Shown here: in pieces, positions 49,875 through 58,717 of the stretch
Layout: each line of letters starts with the position of its first letter
How positions within the stretch are numbered: position 1 is the stretch's first letter
From: a virus
Reading direction: 5' to 3' (one strand)
IMG/VR virus record: IMGVR_UViG_3300010158_000036
Coordinates: 1 to 64,000 of that record
Length of the DNA stretch: 64,000 nucleotides
Translations under genes and position numbers: made by a program
The notes under the pieces: generated by a model
Seen by the model: the letters and a program-made list of their open reading frames with translations, nothing else
What the model was told of the DNA's origin: nothing
Database searches by the model: none

Positions 49875-50201
49875 TTATTTTTTGAATTTCTCTGATTCCA
49901 TGATCATTTTAGCCAAATCCCGAGGATTTTCAATCTTTCTTAGCTTAGATTGATCACTTGATCTGGCTTTTTTGCCATCAATCCCACAAGAATTTTCAAA
50001 AATGAACCAGGAAATCCATCCTTCAATATCGGTCAGATCCAAGAGAATATCGAAGTTTCTCCAGATAGCTTCATATAGTTCTCCATTTATATCCATTGCA
50101 CCAACATCAACTACGGCTTGGCAAGCTTTACTAAGTCTCTGATAAGATTCTATAATATTAGTAATTTTCTTTTCCAACTCTTTAACTTGGGTTTTTTTCA
50201 T
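49875..50201 (-). CDS. Hypothetical protein
   Basis: WISWFIFEN..G motif. Start re-called at the ATGA overlap (50201). Confidence 0.65.
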   Translation of the reverse strand: MKKTQVKELEKKITNIIESYQRLSKACQAVVDVGAMDINGELYEAIWRNFDILLDLTDIEGWISWFIFENSCGIDGKKARSSDQSKLRKIENPRDLAKMIMESEKFKK

Positions 50202-50605
50202 AATTTCCATTTTTCCTTTATATATTTTTCTCCATCAAAGTACCATAAATTCTTATAGCCGACCCCCGATAATACTCTAGCACAATTTTCACATGGTTTT
50301 GAAATTGCTGCACGATCATTATTATCAATACGAATGTTATAAAATGAAAGATCGGAACAATCACTGAATCCCATTTTAATTAATGATGAAATTTCTGAGT
50401 GTAATGATGCAACATAATTATCTCCATTGGACTTTATATAATCTGTGAACTTATGTCGTCGATGTAGCTTGTTGTAATTATTGGTCGCAAGACACAGCAT
50501 CTTATTTCCTCGATATACAAATGTGCTATGAAACGATTTACCAGTCTGAGCTCCAAGTTTTAAGGCTCGTGCGATTTCCTCAAGTCTTGAAAAGTTAATT
50601 GCCAT
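50198..50605 (-). CDS. Zinc-dependent cytidine-deaminase-fold protein
   Basis: SLHSE and SKPCENC zinc motifs. Confidence 0.75.
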   Translation of the reverse strand: MAINFSRLEEIARALKLGAQTGKSFHSTFVYRGNKMLCLATNNYNKLHRRHKFTDYIKSNGDNYVASLHSEISSLIKMGFSDCSDLSFYNIRIDNNDRAAISKPCENCARVLSGVGYKNLWYFDGEKYIKEKWKL

Positions 50606-50695
50606 TACAATTTAAGAATTGCATTTGAAAATAATAGAATTACCATAAATGCACAGATTAATGGTAGGAATTCATTATGAGTGATAAAGATAAAA

Positions 50696-51304
50696 CTACA
50701 AAGTTGGAACATATTCTTTAATATACTTAAATAGTTCTAAGGTTTTTTCAACGTCATACATTGCATTATGTGCTTCACTTTCTTCAAATTTGATGCCTGC
50801 AGATTTACACACAGTCTCTAACTTAAAATTAGGCAATGCCCCCCGCACACGTTGAGTAAACCAAGCGGAGGCTTGCATTACACAAATAGTTGGTACCCAA
50901 AACCAAGATCCAAAATAGTTATCACCATTCTTAGCAAAAAATTCACGAATGAAATCAGAATCAAATGAAGCATTATAAGCAACCATTTGCATCTTATCAG
51001 TTTTATCATATTTGTTACAATGACGTGATAGAATCTTAACGAATTCCTGATAAGCTTCGCCTGCACTCATTTCGAGATTCTCTAGTCTTTCACGACTCAT
51101 TCCAGTTTTTTCAGTGGAGCCTGCATCAATATGTTCTAAAGATAATGGTCGAAATGTAAAATCGAATTTTTCCAAAACATTCAAATCAGGATCAGTGATA
51201 ATACCAGACAACTGAAATAAATTGTGCAACTTTCTGTCAACACCTGTTGTCTCTGTGTCAATGAATATGTTTTTATATCCACTATAAGGGGTTTCTTTAC
51301 TCAT
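50696..51304 (-). CDS. DEDDh 3'-5' exonuclease (DnaQ-like)
   Basis: FIDTETTG, AYNASFD and AHNAMYDV (ExoI/II/III). Confidence 0.92.
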   Translation of the reverse strand: MSKETPYSGYKNIFIDTETTGVDRKLHNLFQLSGIITDPDLNVLEKFDFTFRPLSLEHIDAGSTEKTGMSRERLENLEMSAGEAYQEFVKILSRHCNKYDKTDKMQMVAYNASFDSDFIREFFAKNGDNYFGSWFWVPTICVMQASAWFTQRVRGALPNFKLETVCKSAGIKFEESEAHNAMYDVEKTLELFKYIKEYVPTL

Positions 51305-51638
51305 GTGTTTTTTCTTTAAGAATTAAAGATGGATCTAAAATCAATGAAGGAATCTGTTTTACAAATTTGCGTTTACATATACAACCCTTGATTTCTGTGA
51401 TTGTTCGAATTTGTGCAATCTCTGCTCGAAGTAATTCATTTTCGGCTTCAAGAGATGAAATGAGTTTTACTTTGGATTGGTTTATTCCATATGTCACATA
51501 CGAATCATCAATGAGATCAGCTACACGGTTATCATGATCTGTGAATAGAACATAATCTCCTTTAGGATCGGAAATCATTGTACCATCAAGGGGCTTGTAT
51601 CTTTTGATGTTATCAATCATAATTATCTGCAATACCAA
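51297..51638 (-). CDS. Hypothetical protein; N-terminus similar to 51643..51939
   Basis: KRY...M.....GDYVLF.D motif plus coiled coil. True start may be the internal MIDN. Confidence 0.6.
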   Translation of the reverse strand: MVLQIIMIDNIKRYKPLDGTMISDPKGDYVLFTDHDNRVADLIDDSYVTYGINQSKVKLISSLEAENELLRAEIAQIRTITEIKGCICKRKFVKQIPSLILDPSLILKEKTHE

Positions 51639-51642
51639 TCCG

Positions 51643-51939
51643 TTAAAGGTTTCGTCTTATTTTTGTTCGCAATCCCATTACTCTAGCTTTATGAACTAAA
51701 GATTTTTCTTTAAGTTCACCAATCTCTTTTCTAAGTGCTTCATTCTCCACGGCAAATGCTAAATTAGATTCTCTGAGAATTTGAAGATCCATGGGAAGAC
51801 AAACCATATTTTTATGAGCAACCAACCGATCTGCATAATTACTCATTTCCATATAATCGTCATATGAAACAAAACGACCCGTTGATGCTTCATCCATACT
51901 CCACTCATCATTAGGTTCATATCTAGTCACGTTTTGCAT
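51643..51939 (-). CDS. Hypothetical protein
   Basis: TRY...M.E...GRFVSYDDY plus coiled coil. Confidence 0.65.
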   Translation of the reverse strand: MQNVTRYEPNDEWSMDEASTGRFVSYDDYMEMSNYADRLVAHKNMVCLPMDLQILRESNLAFAVENEALRKEIGELKEKSLVHKARVMGLRTKIRRNL

Positions 51940-52279
51940 AAATTTATTATATTATATTTCCTTTTCAGTTTTTCGTAAAGTTTCTTCTCAGTTTCTGATT
52001 TTTTATCATTAACTTTTTTCACACGTTCAGTGTGAATCTGTTCATACTTGATTCTTTTTTGTATTCATTGTCAGTTTCAAGTCTATCTCCTGTGAGGTTA
52101 ATTTCATCATAACCACCATCCCAAACACAACCACGTGTGATACAAATATCATTGTAACCTTTGGTTGTGTAATATTCCTGCCACTCTGTAAGAGACTTAA
52201 TGACGGAATCTATCGGTCCGTCTAAATCCATAGCATTTAATATTTCTCTAATTTTCTTCTTCATATGATAATGCTTCAT
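51927..52279 (-). pseudogene. Hypothetical gene with frameshift in an A6 run
   Basis: After RLETDNEYKK (A6 at 52055-52060) the -1 frame reads RIKYEQIHTERVKKVNDKKSETEKKLYEKLKRKY..., a plausible charged helical C-terminus that fills the gap to the next gene. Confidence 0.55.
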
Positions 52280-52350
52280 TTGCGATTTTTAAAACTTTCA
52301 TCTGATGTGATCTCTTCATTATCTTTTAAAGATATTAAAAATCTTCATGA

Positions 52351-52995
52351 TTATGCCATTCTAAGTGTTTGTACTTTTGTAACCATACCATCTTTAACAA
52401 TAATCAATCCGGCTCTACCTGATAGAACTTGAATAGTGTCCCAACACCATAAAGACTCACCATTTTCCAACTTTAATTTGGAGAATATCTTTTCTTCATA
52501 CGATGGATAATTATAGTGTTCAATTCTAACTAGTTCTGAAAAAGGTTGCGCATTTGGATATTCACTAATTGAAACAGGCGTTTTCAATAGAACGAATCCA
52601 GCATCATCTTTATCATATATGGAAATGACATAAAATCTATCATCCATTCGTTTCCATTCCACATATTTATTATCACTTATTTTAGTGGAACAATATCCAT
52701 TATTACATTTTTGATCTTCATCTGTAGGAGCTACAAGATTTAAATCTGAGCATTCATCACTGAACTGTTGCAACTCAGTGATAATACAATCAAGATCGTA
52801 AGAATGATCTCTACTAATGTGATAACCAAAGCCTCGTTTGGCTTCTGGCGTTAATGTAGCTCGCCACATCAATGCGCCATAAACATCTTCAAATGTAATT
52901 GAGAAGATGTATGGATTTTTGAATTTACCATAGTTGATTAGAGTTTTAATTAATTCGATGTTCATAATTATTTTGTATTTATTGAAAATTGACAT
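52351..52995 (-). CDS. Hypothetical protein
   Basis: 214 aa with C-terminal LSGRAGLIIVKDG motif. Confidence 0.65.
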   Translation of the reverse strand: MSIFNKYKIIMNIELIKTLINYGKFKNPYIFSITFEDVYGALMWRATLTPEAKRGFGYHISRDHSYDLDCIITELQQFSDECSDLNLVAPTDEDQKCNNGYCSTKISDNKYVEWKRMDDRFYVISIYDKDDAGFVLLKTPVSISEYPNAQPFSELVRIEHYNYPSYEEKIFSKLKLENGESLWCWDTIQVLSGRAGLIIVKDGMVTKVQTLRMA

Positions 52996-52996
52996 A

Positions 52997-53191
52997 TTAA
53001 TTTTTCTTCGCAGATACGCAAATCCAAGTCTTGATCAAAGTTGCATACTTATTATTTTTATGCCGTTCCTTAATCATTTTTAAAGCTGCAGATTTAGTCA
53101 TTGGATTTGTAGTATGTGTTGGTGATAATCCAACTATCCATGCTACATATTTGCAGCCTGGAGCTAACCTCGGATATTCAGTGTATTTCAT
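52997..53191 (-). CDS. Hypothetical protein
   Basis: 64 aa, co-oriented. Confidence 0.55.
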   Translation of the reverse strand: MKYTEYPRLAPGCKYVAWIVGLSPTHTTNPMTKSAALKMIKERHKNNKYATLIKTWICVSAKKN

Positions 53192-53333
53192 ATTTTATTT
53201 TAAAAATTACTTCGAATATTTTTCCATAAATCAAAAACAGATTTGTAAATATCTAGTTGAGTTTGTGTCCAAGTTTTATCCTTACATGTTTCAAGAGTTA
53301 AGTTTTTAAATCCGCTGTCATAATTTAAGGTAA

Positions 53334-53385
53334 GGTTTCCTTACGGGTAATTCTACACTATTTTCGGTCTCTTGTAAACAAAAAA
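53334..53385 (-). promoter_or_regulatory. Early promoter cassette 3
   Basis: T6-GTTTACA (53379-53373), 17 bp, TAGAAT (53355-53350), leader CCCGTAAGGAAACC. Confidence 0.8.
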
Positions 53386-53407
53386 CCACATAAAATCCCA
53401 TTTATTT

Positions 53408-53884
53408 TTACCGATCTTTTAACCATTCGGGTTTATTCCGCTTTGACCATGAAAACAGATGTGATTTCTCGTGTTCATAGTAAGACCTATAAGATTTCAC
53501 ACAATCATTTGACCGATATTTCTCTGGCATCGCAAGGGCAAATGAAGTTCGATCTTTCTTTGGAAACTCCAATTTATTCATATTTTCCAAAATCCATGGA
53601 AGAACATCTCGTCCGGATTTATGAGTCTTTCCATATCTAAACTGAAATTCATCATGGAGAACAGATGCATATTCATGAACAAACAAAAAATTACTCAAAG
53701 ATAATCTGCAAAATACAGAACAGGGATGATTTTTATGAGTTGCTTTATATGGAGCATTAATCCCTTGCAAATGAAATTGGGTACACATGAGTTGTGTAGC
53801 TTCAAGAATCATTTTTACAACATGTTTATCAACATGATATTGCGCATTCCTAATAGGATCGGAATCGAGAATAAACAAGTTCAT
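53408..53884 (-). CDS. Pyrimidine dimer DNA glycosylase / endonuclease V-like family protein
   Basis: MNLFILD.DP...AQYH.DKHVVKMILE..Q, YKATHKNHPC, EF.FRYGK.H and FALAMPEKY...VKSYRSYY. Confidence 0.8.
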   Translation of the reverse strand: MNLFILDSDPIRNAQYHVDKHVVKMILEATQLMCTQFHLQGINAPYKATHKNHPCSVFCRLSLSNFLFVHEYASVLHDEFQFRYGKTHKSGRDVLPWILENMNKLEFPKKDRTSFALAMPEKYRSNDCVKSYRSYYEHEKSHLFSWSKRNKPEWLKDR

Positions 53885-54045
53885 AGTACAACACCAACTT
53901 CACGCAATGCATAATTAAGTTCACGATCATGAATGACCAATTTTTTAGCTTCTTCAAGATCACGACAATCCCATTCAAGAAGAATCCATGCTAGTTTATC
54001 AGCACGGTCTTTCTTTCTTTTTGCAATCTTATCTATTTTATCCAT
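53881..54045 (-). CDS. 54-aa hypothetical protein
   Basis: MDKIDKIAKRKKDRADKLAWILLEWDCRDLEEAKK... ATGA-coupled to the next gene; below the track cutoff. Confidence 0.6.
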   Translation of the reverse strand: MDKIDKIAKRKKDRADKLAWILLEWDCRDLEEAKKLVIHDRELNYALREVGVVL

Positions 54046-54290
54046 GATTTATTTGTTATGATATGCTGCATTACTCGTTCAATCTCCTCTGCATATGCTC
54101 GGAAAAAATCAGCATCGGAATGACGACCCATGGTATCTTCTTTATCCGCTTCAGATCGCATAGCTTTAGCCCATCTTATCGCGAATGTCGGATTATTAAT
54201 ACACTCACACATCAATCTCCAATGACGAAATCCCAAATATATACCAAGAATTCGAACTGAGAAATAGAGGTTGATTAGTTTAAAAATCAT
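54033..54290 (-). CDS. Hypothetical protein
   Basis: 85 aa, co-oriented. Confidence 0.55.
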   Translation of the reverse strand: MIFKLINLYFSVRILGIYLGFRHWRLMCECINNPTFAIRWAKAMRSEADKEDTMGRHSDADFFRAYAEEIERVMQHIITNKSWIK

Positions 54291-54292
54291 AA

Positions 54293-54472
54293 TTATACTT
54301 CTTTCACAAATTTTGCTTTGGCATAACTCCCAAATAAGGATGCTTTTTTTGTTGCTTTAACATCAGCTTCTTCTTTACTGTTCGCTCGAAAATCTAGGAT
54401 AAGACCATCGAGAATTGAATTATCACAATTAACAATTTTGTAAATAAACCGAAATTCTGGTACGTTTTCCAT
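54293..54472 (-). CDS. 59-aa hypothetical protein
   Basis: MENVPEFRFIYKIVNCDNSILDGLILDFRANSKEEADVKA... fills the gap exactly. Confidence 0.6.
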   Translation of the reverse strand: MENVPEFRFIYKIVNCDNSILDGLILDFRANSKEEADVKATKKASLFGSYAKAKFVKEV

Positions 54473-54474
54473 GA

Positions 54475-54786
54475 TTAATTCCAGTTCACAAATTTCTTTA
54501 CTTTCACTTGAAGTGCTGGTTCTTCATCATCTGCGTAGATAATCATTTGATGTTTTGTTCCAGCCTTAAGATGACAGGGCACTGCAACAAATAACGGATC
54601 TTCTTGATGATAGTTTGGAGTCATCTCAATAAGATGTGTTGCATTTGGAAATAAAGATTTCATATTAGCATCAATCTCATAAAGAGTTCTCCATGATTTC
54701 CATCCATCAATTACTACAGAATTACCTGTGGATTTCAAGCAGGGGCGAGTCCAAGAACAACCCGTGGATGTTACGAATGTGAGCAT
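54475..54786 (-). CDS. Hypothetical protein
   Basis: 103 aa, co-oriented. Confidence 0.6.
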   Translation of the reverse strand: MLTFVTSTGCSWTRPCLKSTGNSVVIDGWKSWRTLYEIDANMKSLFPNATHLIEMTPNYHQEDPLFVAVPCHLKAGTKHQMIIYADDEEPALQVKVKKFVNWN

Positions 54787-54792
54787 ATATTT

Positions 54793-54975
54793 TTAGGAAA
54801 GTTTATACTTAATAGACAACCGATCAATCATGTCTTCAAGCGTTTGTGCTTTAGCTAACCAGAAGAATGTTTCTTTGGATTCATGACAATTATGAACATA
54901 AAATTTCCATGTTTTAAGAGCAGTTTCCTTTTCATATTCAAGGAATTCAAGTACTTCCGATAATTCGATTTTCAT
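54793..54975 (-). CDS. Hypothetical protein
   Basis: 60 aa, ATGA-coupled. Confidence 0.6.
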   Translation of the reverse strand: MKIELSEVLEFLEYEKETALKTWKFYVHNCHESKETFFWLAKAQTLEDMIDRLSIKYKLS

Positions 54976-55247
54976 AATGGTAGATATACAATAACAAGAT
55001 TTCTGACTCCTAGAATATTCACGGGAAAAATAAATTCATTTTCAAATTTTCCAAATTCCCACGATATAACCTCTTCATCGCAGAGCAGATATAGACGAGC
55101 AATATTTCCGACAAGTAAGCACTGTATATTATTATCATCAAGAATCGTTTTACCAGAATCAAGTACATCTAGCAATGTATCATCATCGATTGCAGGTGCA
55201 AGATAATTAGCACTTGCTTTGATTTGGTTAATTAATAATGGTTTCAC
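54972..55247 (-). CDS. Hypothetical protein
   Basis: 91 aa, GTG start. Confidence 0.55.
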   Translation of the reverse strand: MKPLLINQIKASANYLAPAIDDDTLLDVLDSGKTILDDNNIQCLLVGNIARLYLLCDEEVISWEFGKFENEFIFPVNILGVRNLVIVYLPL

Positions 55248-55249
55248 TC

Positions 55250-55336
55250 TTACTTAAAATTGAGTAGGATTCCTGTAATCAGTGGTGGTAAAATTATAAC
55301 AATCGCAAGTGCAATGCTTAATTGATCTGTAGTCAT
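55250..55336 (-). CDS. 28-aa membrane microprotein
   Basis: MTTDQLSIALAIVIILPPLITGILLNFK. Confidence 0.5.
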   Translation of the reverse strand: MTTDQLSIALAIVIILPPLITGILLNFK

Positions 55337-55462
55337 AAATTGAATTATTTGTTTTTGCTGGTGATTAAATCATTCTCTAAAAGAGTTGATGGGTTATTAG
55401 TCAGGCGACCATTTCAAATCAATTGTCGTGGATGTTAAAATTTCCTCAAAATCACAGAATTT

Positions 55463-55870
55463 TCACACCTGAATCAGAGAAATTCCAAAGGTTTTCGCCA
55501 ATTCTGGAGAATTTGAGCCTGGATAATCCTCATGGAAATAGATTTTTTGTACACTGTGAGCGATCAATAATTTCATACAAGCATCACACGGCATCGTCGT
55601 ACAAAAAACTGTCTCTACTTCACCACGCTTAAAAAGACTGCACAGATTTTGTTCAGCATGAATTAAGAACTTTTGGCGTGCATCTCGATCCTCCCAGAAA
55701 TGTTCATCAGGATTGAAACCGGATGGTAATCCATTATAAGATAAACCAATCACTCGATTTTCTTTATTGAAAGCCGCGGCACCAACTTGCCGAAAAGGAT
55801 CTTCACTTCTCAATGCGGCTGTTTTTGCAAGTGCCATACCATAATCAATAATGTTAATTCTATTACTCAT
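55463..55870 (-). CDS. dCMP deaminase
   Basis: RSEDP.RQVGA, YNGLPSG, IHAEQN and PCDAC. Confidence 0.9.
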   Translation of the reverse strand: MSNRINIIDYGMALAKTAALRSEDPFRQVGAAAFNKENRVIGLSYNGLPSGFNPDEHFWEDRDARQKFLIHAEQNLCSLFKRGEVETVFCTTMPCDACMKLLIAHSVQKIYFHEDYPGSNSPELAKTFGISLIQV

Positions 55871-56123
55871 GTGATTTCATTACTCCATCTTCAATGAGCA
55901 TATTAAATGCAGAATTATACATTCCTTCAGTTATGATATTGGGATCTTTATTGATGCAGGAGCTTAGTCGCAAATCTTCCAATGCTGCATGAATACCGAT
56001 GTGTTTAAAATCAACGAATCCATCATCAGCCAGTTCAAACTTTATATCAAAAAGAAAAAGTTTATCATCACATCTTTTAAAGTGCCGATGTACAAATAGC
56101 ATGTCACTTACTGTATCTTTCAT
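55863..56123 (-). CDS. Hypothetical protein
   Basis: 86 aa, overlapping the deaminase start. Confidence 0.55.
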   Translation of the reverse strand: MKDTVSDMLFVHRHFKRCDDKLFLFDIKFELADDGFVDFKHIGIHAALEDLRLSSCINKDPNIITEGMYNSAFNMLIEDGVMKSHE

Positions 56124-56198
56124 ATGCAGATTCCCCTCCAGATTTACGCAAAGCTGAAATCATTTTATCTTGCGACCGTCTAAGCAAATATCCAAGAG

Positions 56199-56267
56199 TT
56201 TGGGTTATAACAGATTTCGCAATATTTAGATTTCATATTCTTATTACTTAATAATTTTTGTAGAAGT
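56199..56267. repeat. 69-bp direct repeat, copy 1 (copy 2 at 56818-56886)
   Basis: tttgggttataacagatttcg(c/t)aatatttagatttcatattcttattacttaataatttt(t/c)gta(g/a)aagt; 3 mismatches, offset 619 bp. Confidence 0.9.
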
Positions 56268-56281
56268 AGTCATATGTATAT

Positions 56282-56647
56282 TTATACAGTTTCCCATTTA
56301 TTCATGATTTTTAGAAAAGCTTCGCAACGTTCTGGTGCAGAAGCTCCGATGGCATGTTCAGCATATTCAATTGCAACCCAATAATCCCAATTTTCTGTTC
56401 TTGAACAAACAGTTTCTAATTCCAAGCAATATGTACTCCATAAAGAATTTTCACGGATGTACTTTTCAAATTCATGACAACTATTCAAGTCATGGAGATA
56501 ATCAGGAATTGTTGAGAAATATGGACCGTCGGTTCCTGGGGCATATCCTGCAGGAGTTCTCATTACGGCCGAGAATATAATAGGATCTTGGATGTTACTC
56601 CAGCCCATGATTTGTGCAATCTTAATTCTTTGGTTTATTTCCTTCAT
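56282..56647 (-). CDS. Conserved phage hypothetical protein
   Basis: QRIKIAQIMGW...IPDYLHDLNSCHE...ASAPERCEAFLK. Start re-called at ATG 56647. Confidence 0.7.
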   Translation of the reverse strand: MKEINQRIKIAQIMGWSNIQDPIIFSAVMRTPAGYAPGTDGPYFSTIPDYLHDLNSCHEFEKYIRENSLWSTYCLELETVCSRTENWDYWVAIEYAEHAIGASAPERCEAFLKIMNKWETV

Positions 56648-56855
56648 AATCAGTCCAAGTGTCGGATTTATAATAGCTTTCATCGAAACTTAACCTTTTA
56701 GTACATCTTCGTTTAGCGAGAAATTTCCAACGAGTTTCGAAAATAGTGTGACAATAATCACCAACATCCCAATCCCAACAATCATTTTGATAATCCCAAA
56801 TTCGATAGGTTTTTGTCTTTGGGTTATAACAGATTTCGTAATATTTAGATTTCAT
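56622..56855 (-). CDS. Hypothetical protein
   Basis: 77 aa starting MKSKYYEICYNP; its 5' end is duplicated at 56199-56236. Confidence 0.6.
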   Translation of the reverse strand: MKSKYYEICYNPKTKTYRIWDYQNDCWDWDVGDYCHTIFETRWKFLAKRRCTKRLSFDESYYKSDTWTDYEGNKPKN

Positions 56856-56886
56856 ATTCTTATTACTTAATAATTTTCGTAAAAGT
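56818..56886. repeat. 69-bp direct repeat, copy 2
   Basis: Matches 56199-56267. Spans the stop of 56867..57112 and the start of 56622..56855. Confidence 0.9.
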
Positions 56887-57112
56887 CTGTGGCGTCATAT
56901 TCCTTATATTCACATATCATGTTTGGAGCAAATATAATCTCTTCAACAATCCAGTCGGAAGGAATATCTCTATTGTTGTTCTGTTTATATTGAGTTAGAT
57001 GACTTTTTATAAATTGCTTGGCAGACCAAGTCTTACCTTTCTTTGTCCAAAATGGAATTATCCCACCCTTTGAGTACAAATATTCAGAGTTTCGGATTTT
57101 ATAACATTTCAT
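56867..57112 (-). CDS. Conserved phage hypothetical protein
   Basis: YKIRN...YSKGG..P.WTKKGKTW......SHL motif. Confidence 0.7.
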   Translation of the reverse strand: MKCYKIRNSEYLYSKGGIIPFWTKKGKTWSAKQFIKSHLTQYKQNNNRDIPSDWIVEEIIFAPNMICEYKEYDATDFYENY

Positions 57113-57185
57113 AATTCAATAAATAAATTCAAGTTGATCTTTATTTGCAAACACAAATTCTGAAAATGAATGAATCTTGAAATGT

Positions 57186-57512
57186 TCACATTCTTGACCG
57201 CAGAGCATCCTTGAGAATTGGGACAATCAGGTTAACCTCAGAAGTGGTCAATTCGTATAGGTCCAGCACAGGCCCACGTTTGACGACTAGGACAATCTCT
57301 CTGGTTGGGTACACCTCCACACAGGCCTCACAATCATCAAGGAATTCGAACATTTGGCTGCCTTCAGGCATTTCACTAATTCGGGTCGGTCGCAGACAAT
57401 GAAAGTTCAGAACCGCAGCCACCTGTTCGGCAGGATTTGAAGGCAAGCATCGCGCGGTACTATCAACTTGGCCGTCGCTCTCGCTCAACATATCTGAAGG
57501 GGTGATTTTCAT
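57186..57512 (-). CDS. Hypothetical protein, higher GC than its neighbours
   Basis: 108 aa; visibly more GC-rich. Confidence 0.55.
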   Translation of the reverse strand: MKITPSDMLSESDGQVDSTARCLPSNPAEQVAAVLNFHCLRPTRISEMPEGSQMFEFLDDCEACVEVYPTREIVLVVKRGPVLDLYELTTSEVNLIVPILKDALRSRM

Positions 57513-57518
57513 ATTAGA

Positions 57519-57875
57519 TTATCCTTTCTTTTTGAGCTCCTTCAATTCCTTATTCAGAGTAATCAGAAAGCCCGTATAGAGCCTGATAAAGTAGTCATTG
57601 TAAAGACCGCCCTTAGTTGGATCCGCTTTGTATGCAGCCAAACTCTTTTCAGATTCTGCGATGTCCAGTTCCTTTTCAACAATCGGAGTAAATTTCCGAT
57701 AAATGAGAGGATTGACTTTTAGGTCTTCATGTTGAGCAATTGCAGCCGCAACATCTTTGGAATATGTCCGACCTGATTTATCAGGAAGGTCTTGTTCCTT
57801 GCGGGCTTTGCGCTCCGCAGCTCGTTCTTGTTTCTGAGTTGCAACGAGTGCTACGTCTTTAGTCTTAGCAGCCAT
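57519..57875 (-). CDS. Charged hypothetical early protein
   Basis: 118 aa, first gene after early promoter 4. Confidence 0.7.
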   Translation of the reverse strand: MAAKTKDVALVATQKQERAAERKARKEQDLPDKSGRTYSKDVAAAIAQHEDLKVNPLIYRKFTPIVEKELDIAESEKSLAAYKADPTKGGLYNDYFIRLYTGFLITLNKELKELKKKG

Positions 57876-57887
57876 ATTGTAGTGTGA

Positions 57888-57939
57888 TATCCCTTACAAC
57901 AAAATTCTACTCTATTTATGACCTGATGTAAACAAAAAA
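57888..57939 (-). promoter_or_regulatory. Early promoter cassette 4
   Basis: T6-GTTTACA (57933-57927), 17 bp, TAGAAT (57909-57904), leader TGTAAGGGATA. Confidence 0.75.
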
Positions 57940-57954
57940 GTAAATAAATTTAAA

Positions 57955-58182
57955 TTATTTTTTGTGATTTTCTTCAGGTTCTAAGGGAGGTTCTTGTTGA
58001 GAAAGAAGTTTTGGATCTATCCATTCATATTGAATTTCCGATCCATTCTTAACTGGAACTACAAATCCATGCTGAAAAGCTGAGCTCATTGTAGCATCTT
58101 CACCGGCTATAAATCCCATAACAAAGATACATAGAACTAAAAATGGAATTAATACGAGCCCCAAAATAATATAATATTTCAT
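57955..58182 (-). CDS. Membrane-anchored hypothetical protein
   Basis: N-terminal hydrophobic helix YYIILGLVLIPFLVLCIFVMGFIAG. Confidence 0.65.
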   Translation of the reverse strand: MKYYIILGLVLIPFLVLCIFVMGFIAGEDATMSSAFQHGFVVPVKNGSEIQYEWIDPKLLSQQEPPLEPEENHKK

Positions 58183-58577
58183 GATTTGTAATGATCTGTG
58201 TTGTAAGCAAAATGGCCAAATAATCGAACCGCGCTATAAATTAAATACCTCCTAATAAAAGACATTCCTTGAGACTTCATAGCCTCAAGAAAAAGAATAT
58301 CAGCTTCTTTTTGTGTATAATTTGCCGGAACCCATTCTCCAACATATTGAATTTCAAGCTGATTCCTATAAGCAGAATCATGAATTACAGAGGCAAACCA
58401 ATCACAACTTGCTGCAGGAAAAATACTCTGAAGACATTAACCATCAGTTGTTCCAGCAATTGGCGCTCGAATTCTTCGATTATTCACCCGAACAAACTCT
58501 AGAGGTTCTAACAGAATATCCTCAAGACCGTTCGAAGTTTTCACATCGAGTGTAATATTTACAAAGCCGGGAGTCAT
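58179..58577 (-). pseudogene. DUF1353-family gene with in-frame TAA
   Basis: Absent from the track. Reads MTPGF...LLEPLEF...APIAGTTDG*(58437-58439)CLQSIFP...WFASVIHDSAY...TQKEADILFLEAMKSQG...RRYLIYSAVRLFG. ATGA-coupled to the next gene. Confidence 0.75.
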
Positions 58578-58613
58578 TATTTTCTTTCTATAAGTTTAGA
58601 CAATTTATAAGAC

Positions 58614-58654
58614 CTTTATCATTGATTTTCAGCGTGATAAAGTCAATGATAAAG
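58614..58654. repeat. 12-bp inverted repeat with nested tandem copy
   Basis: CTTTATCATTGA ttttcagcg TGATAAAG TCAATGATAAAG. Confidence 0.8.
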
Positions 58655-58717
58655 TTAAGCATATGCTAATGCAACCCAAAATGAGTATTTTTTATTGCTG
58701 GAATTCTATTTTTACCT

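Noticed and set aside
56199-56886. 69-bp repeat as a DGR pair or att site
   Set aside because: The mismatches are not adenine-specific, there is no RT or integrase nearby, and the repeat is a copied gene junction.
58269-58555. Plus-strand ORFs of 77 and 80 aa
   Set aside because: They are antisense shadows of the DUF1353 pseudogene.
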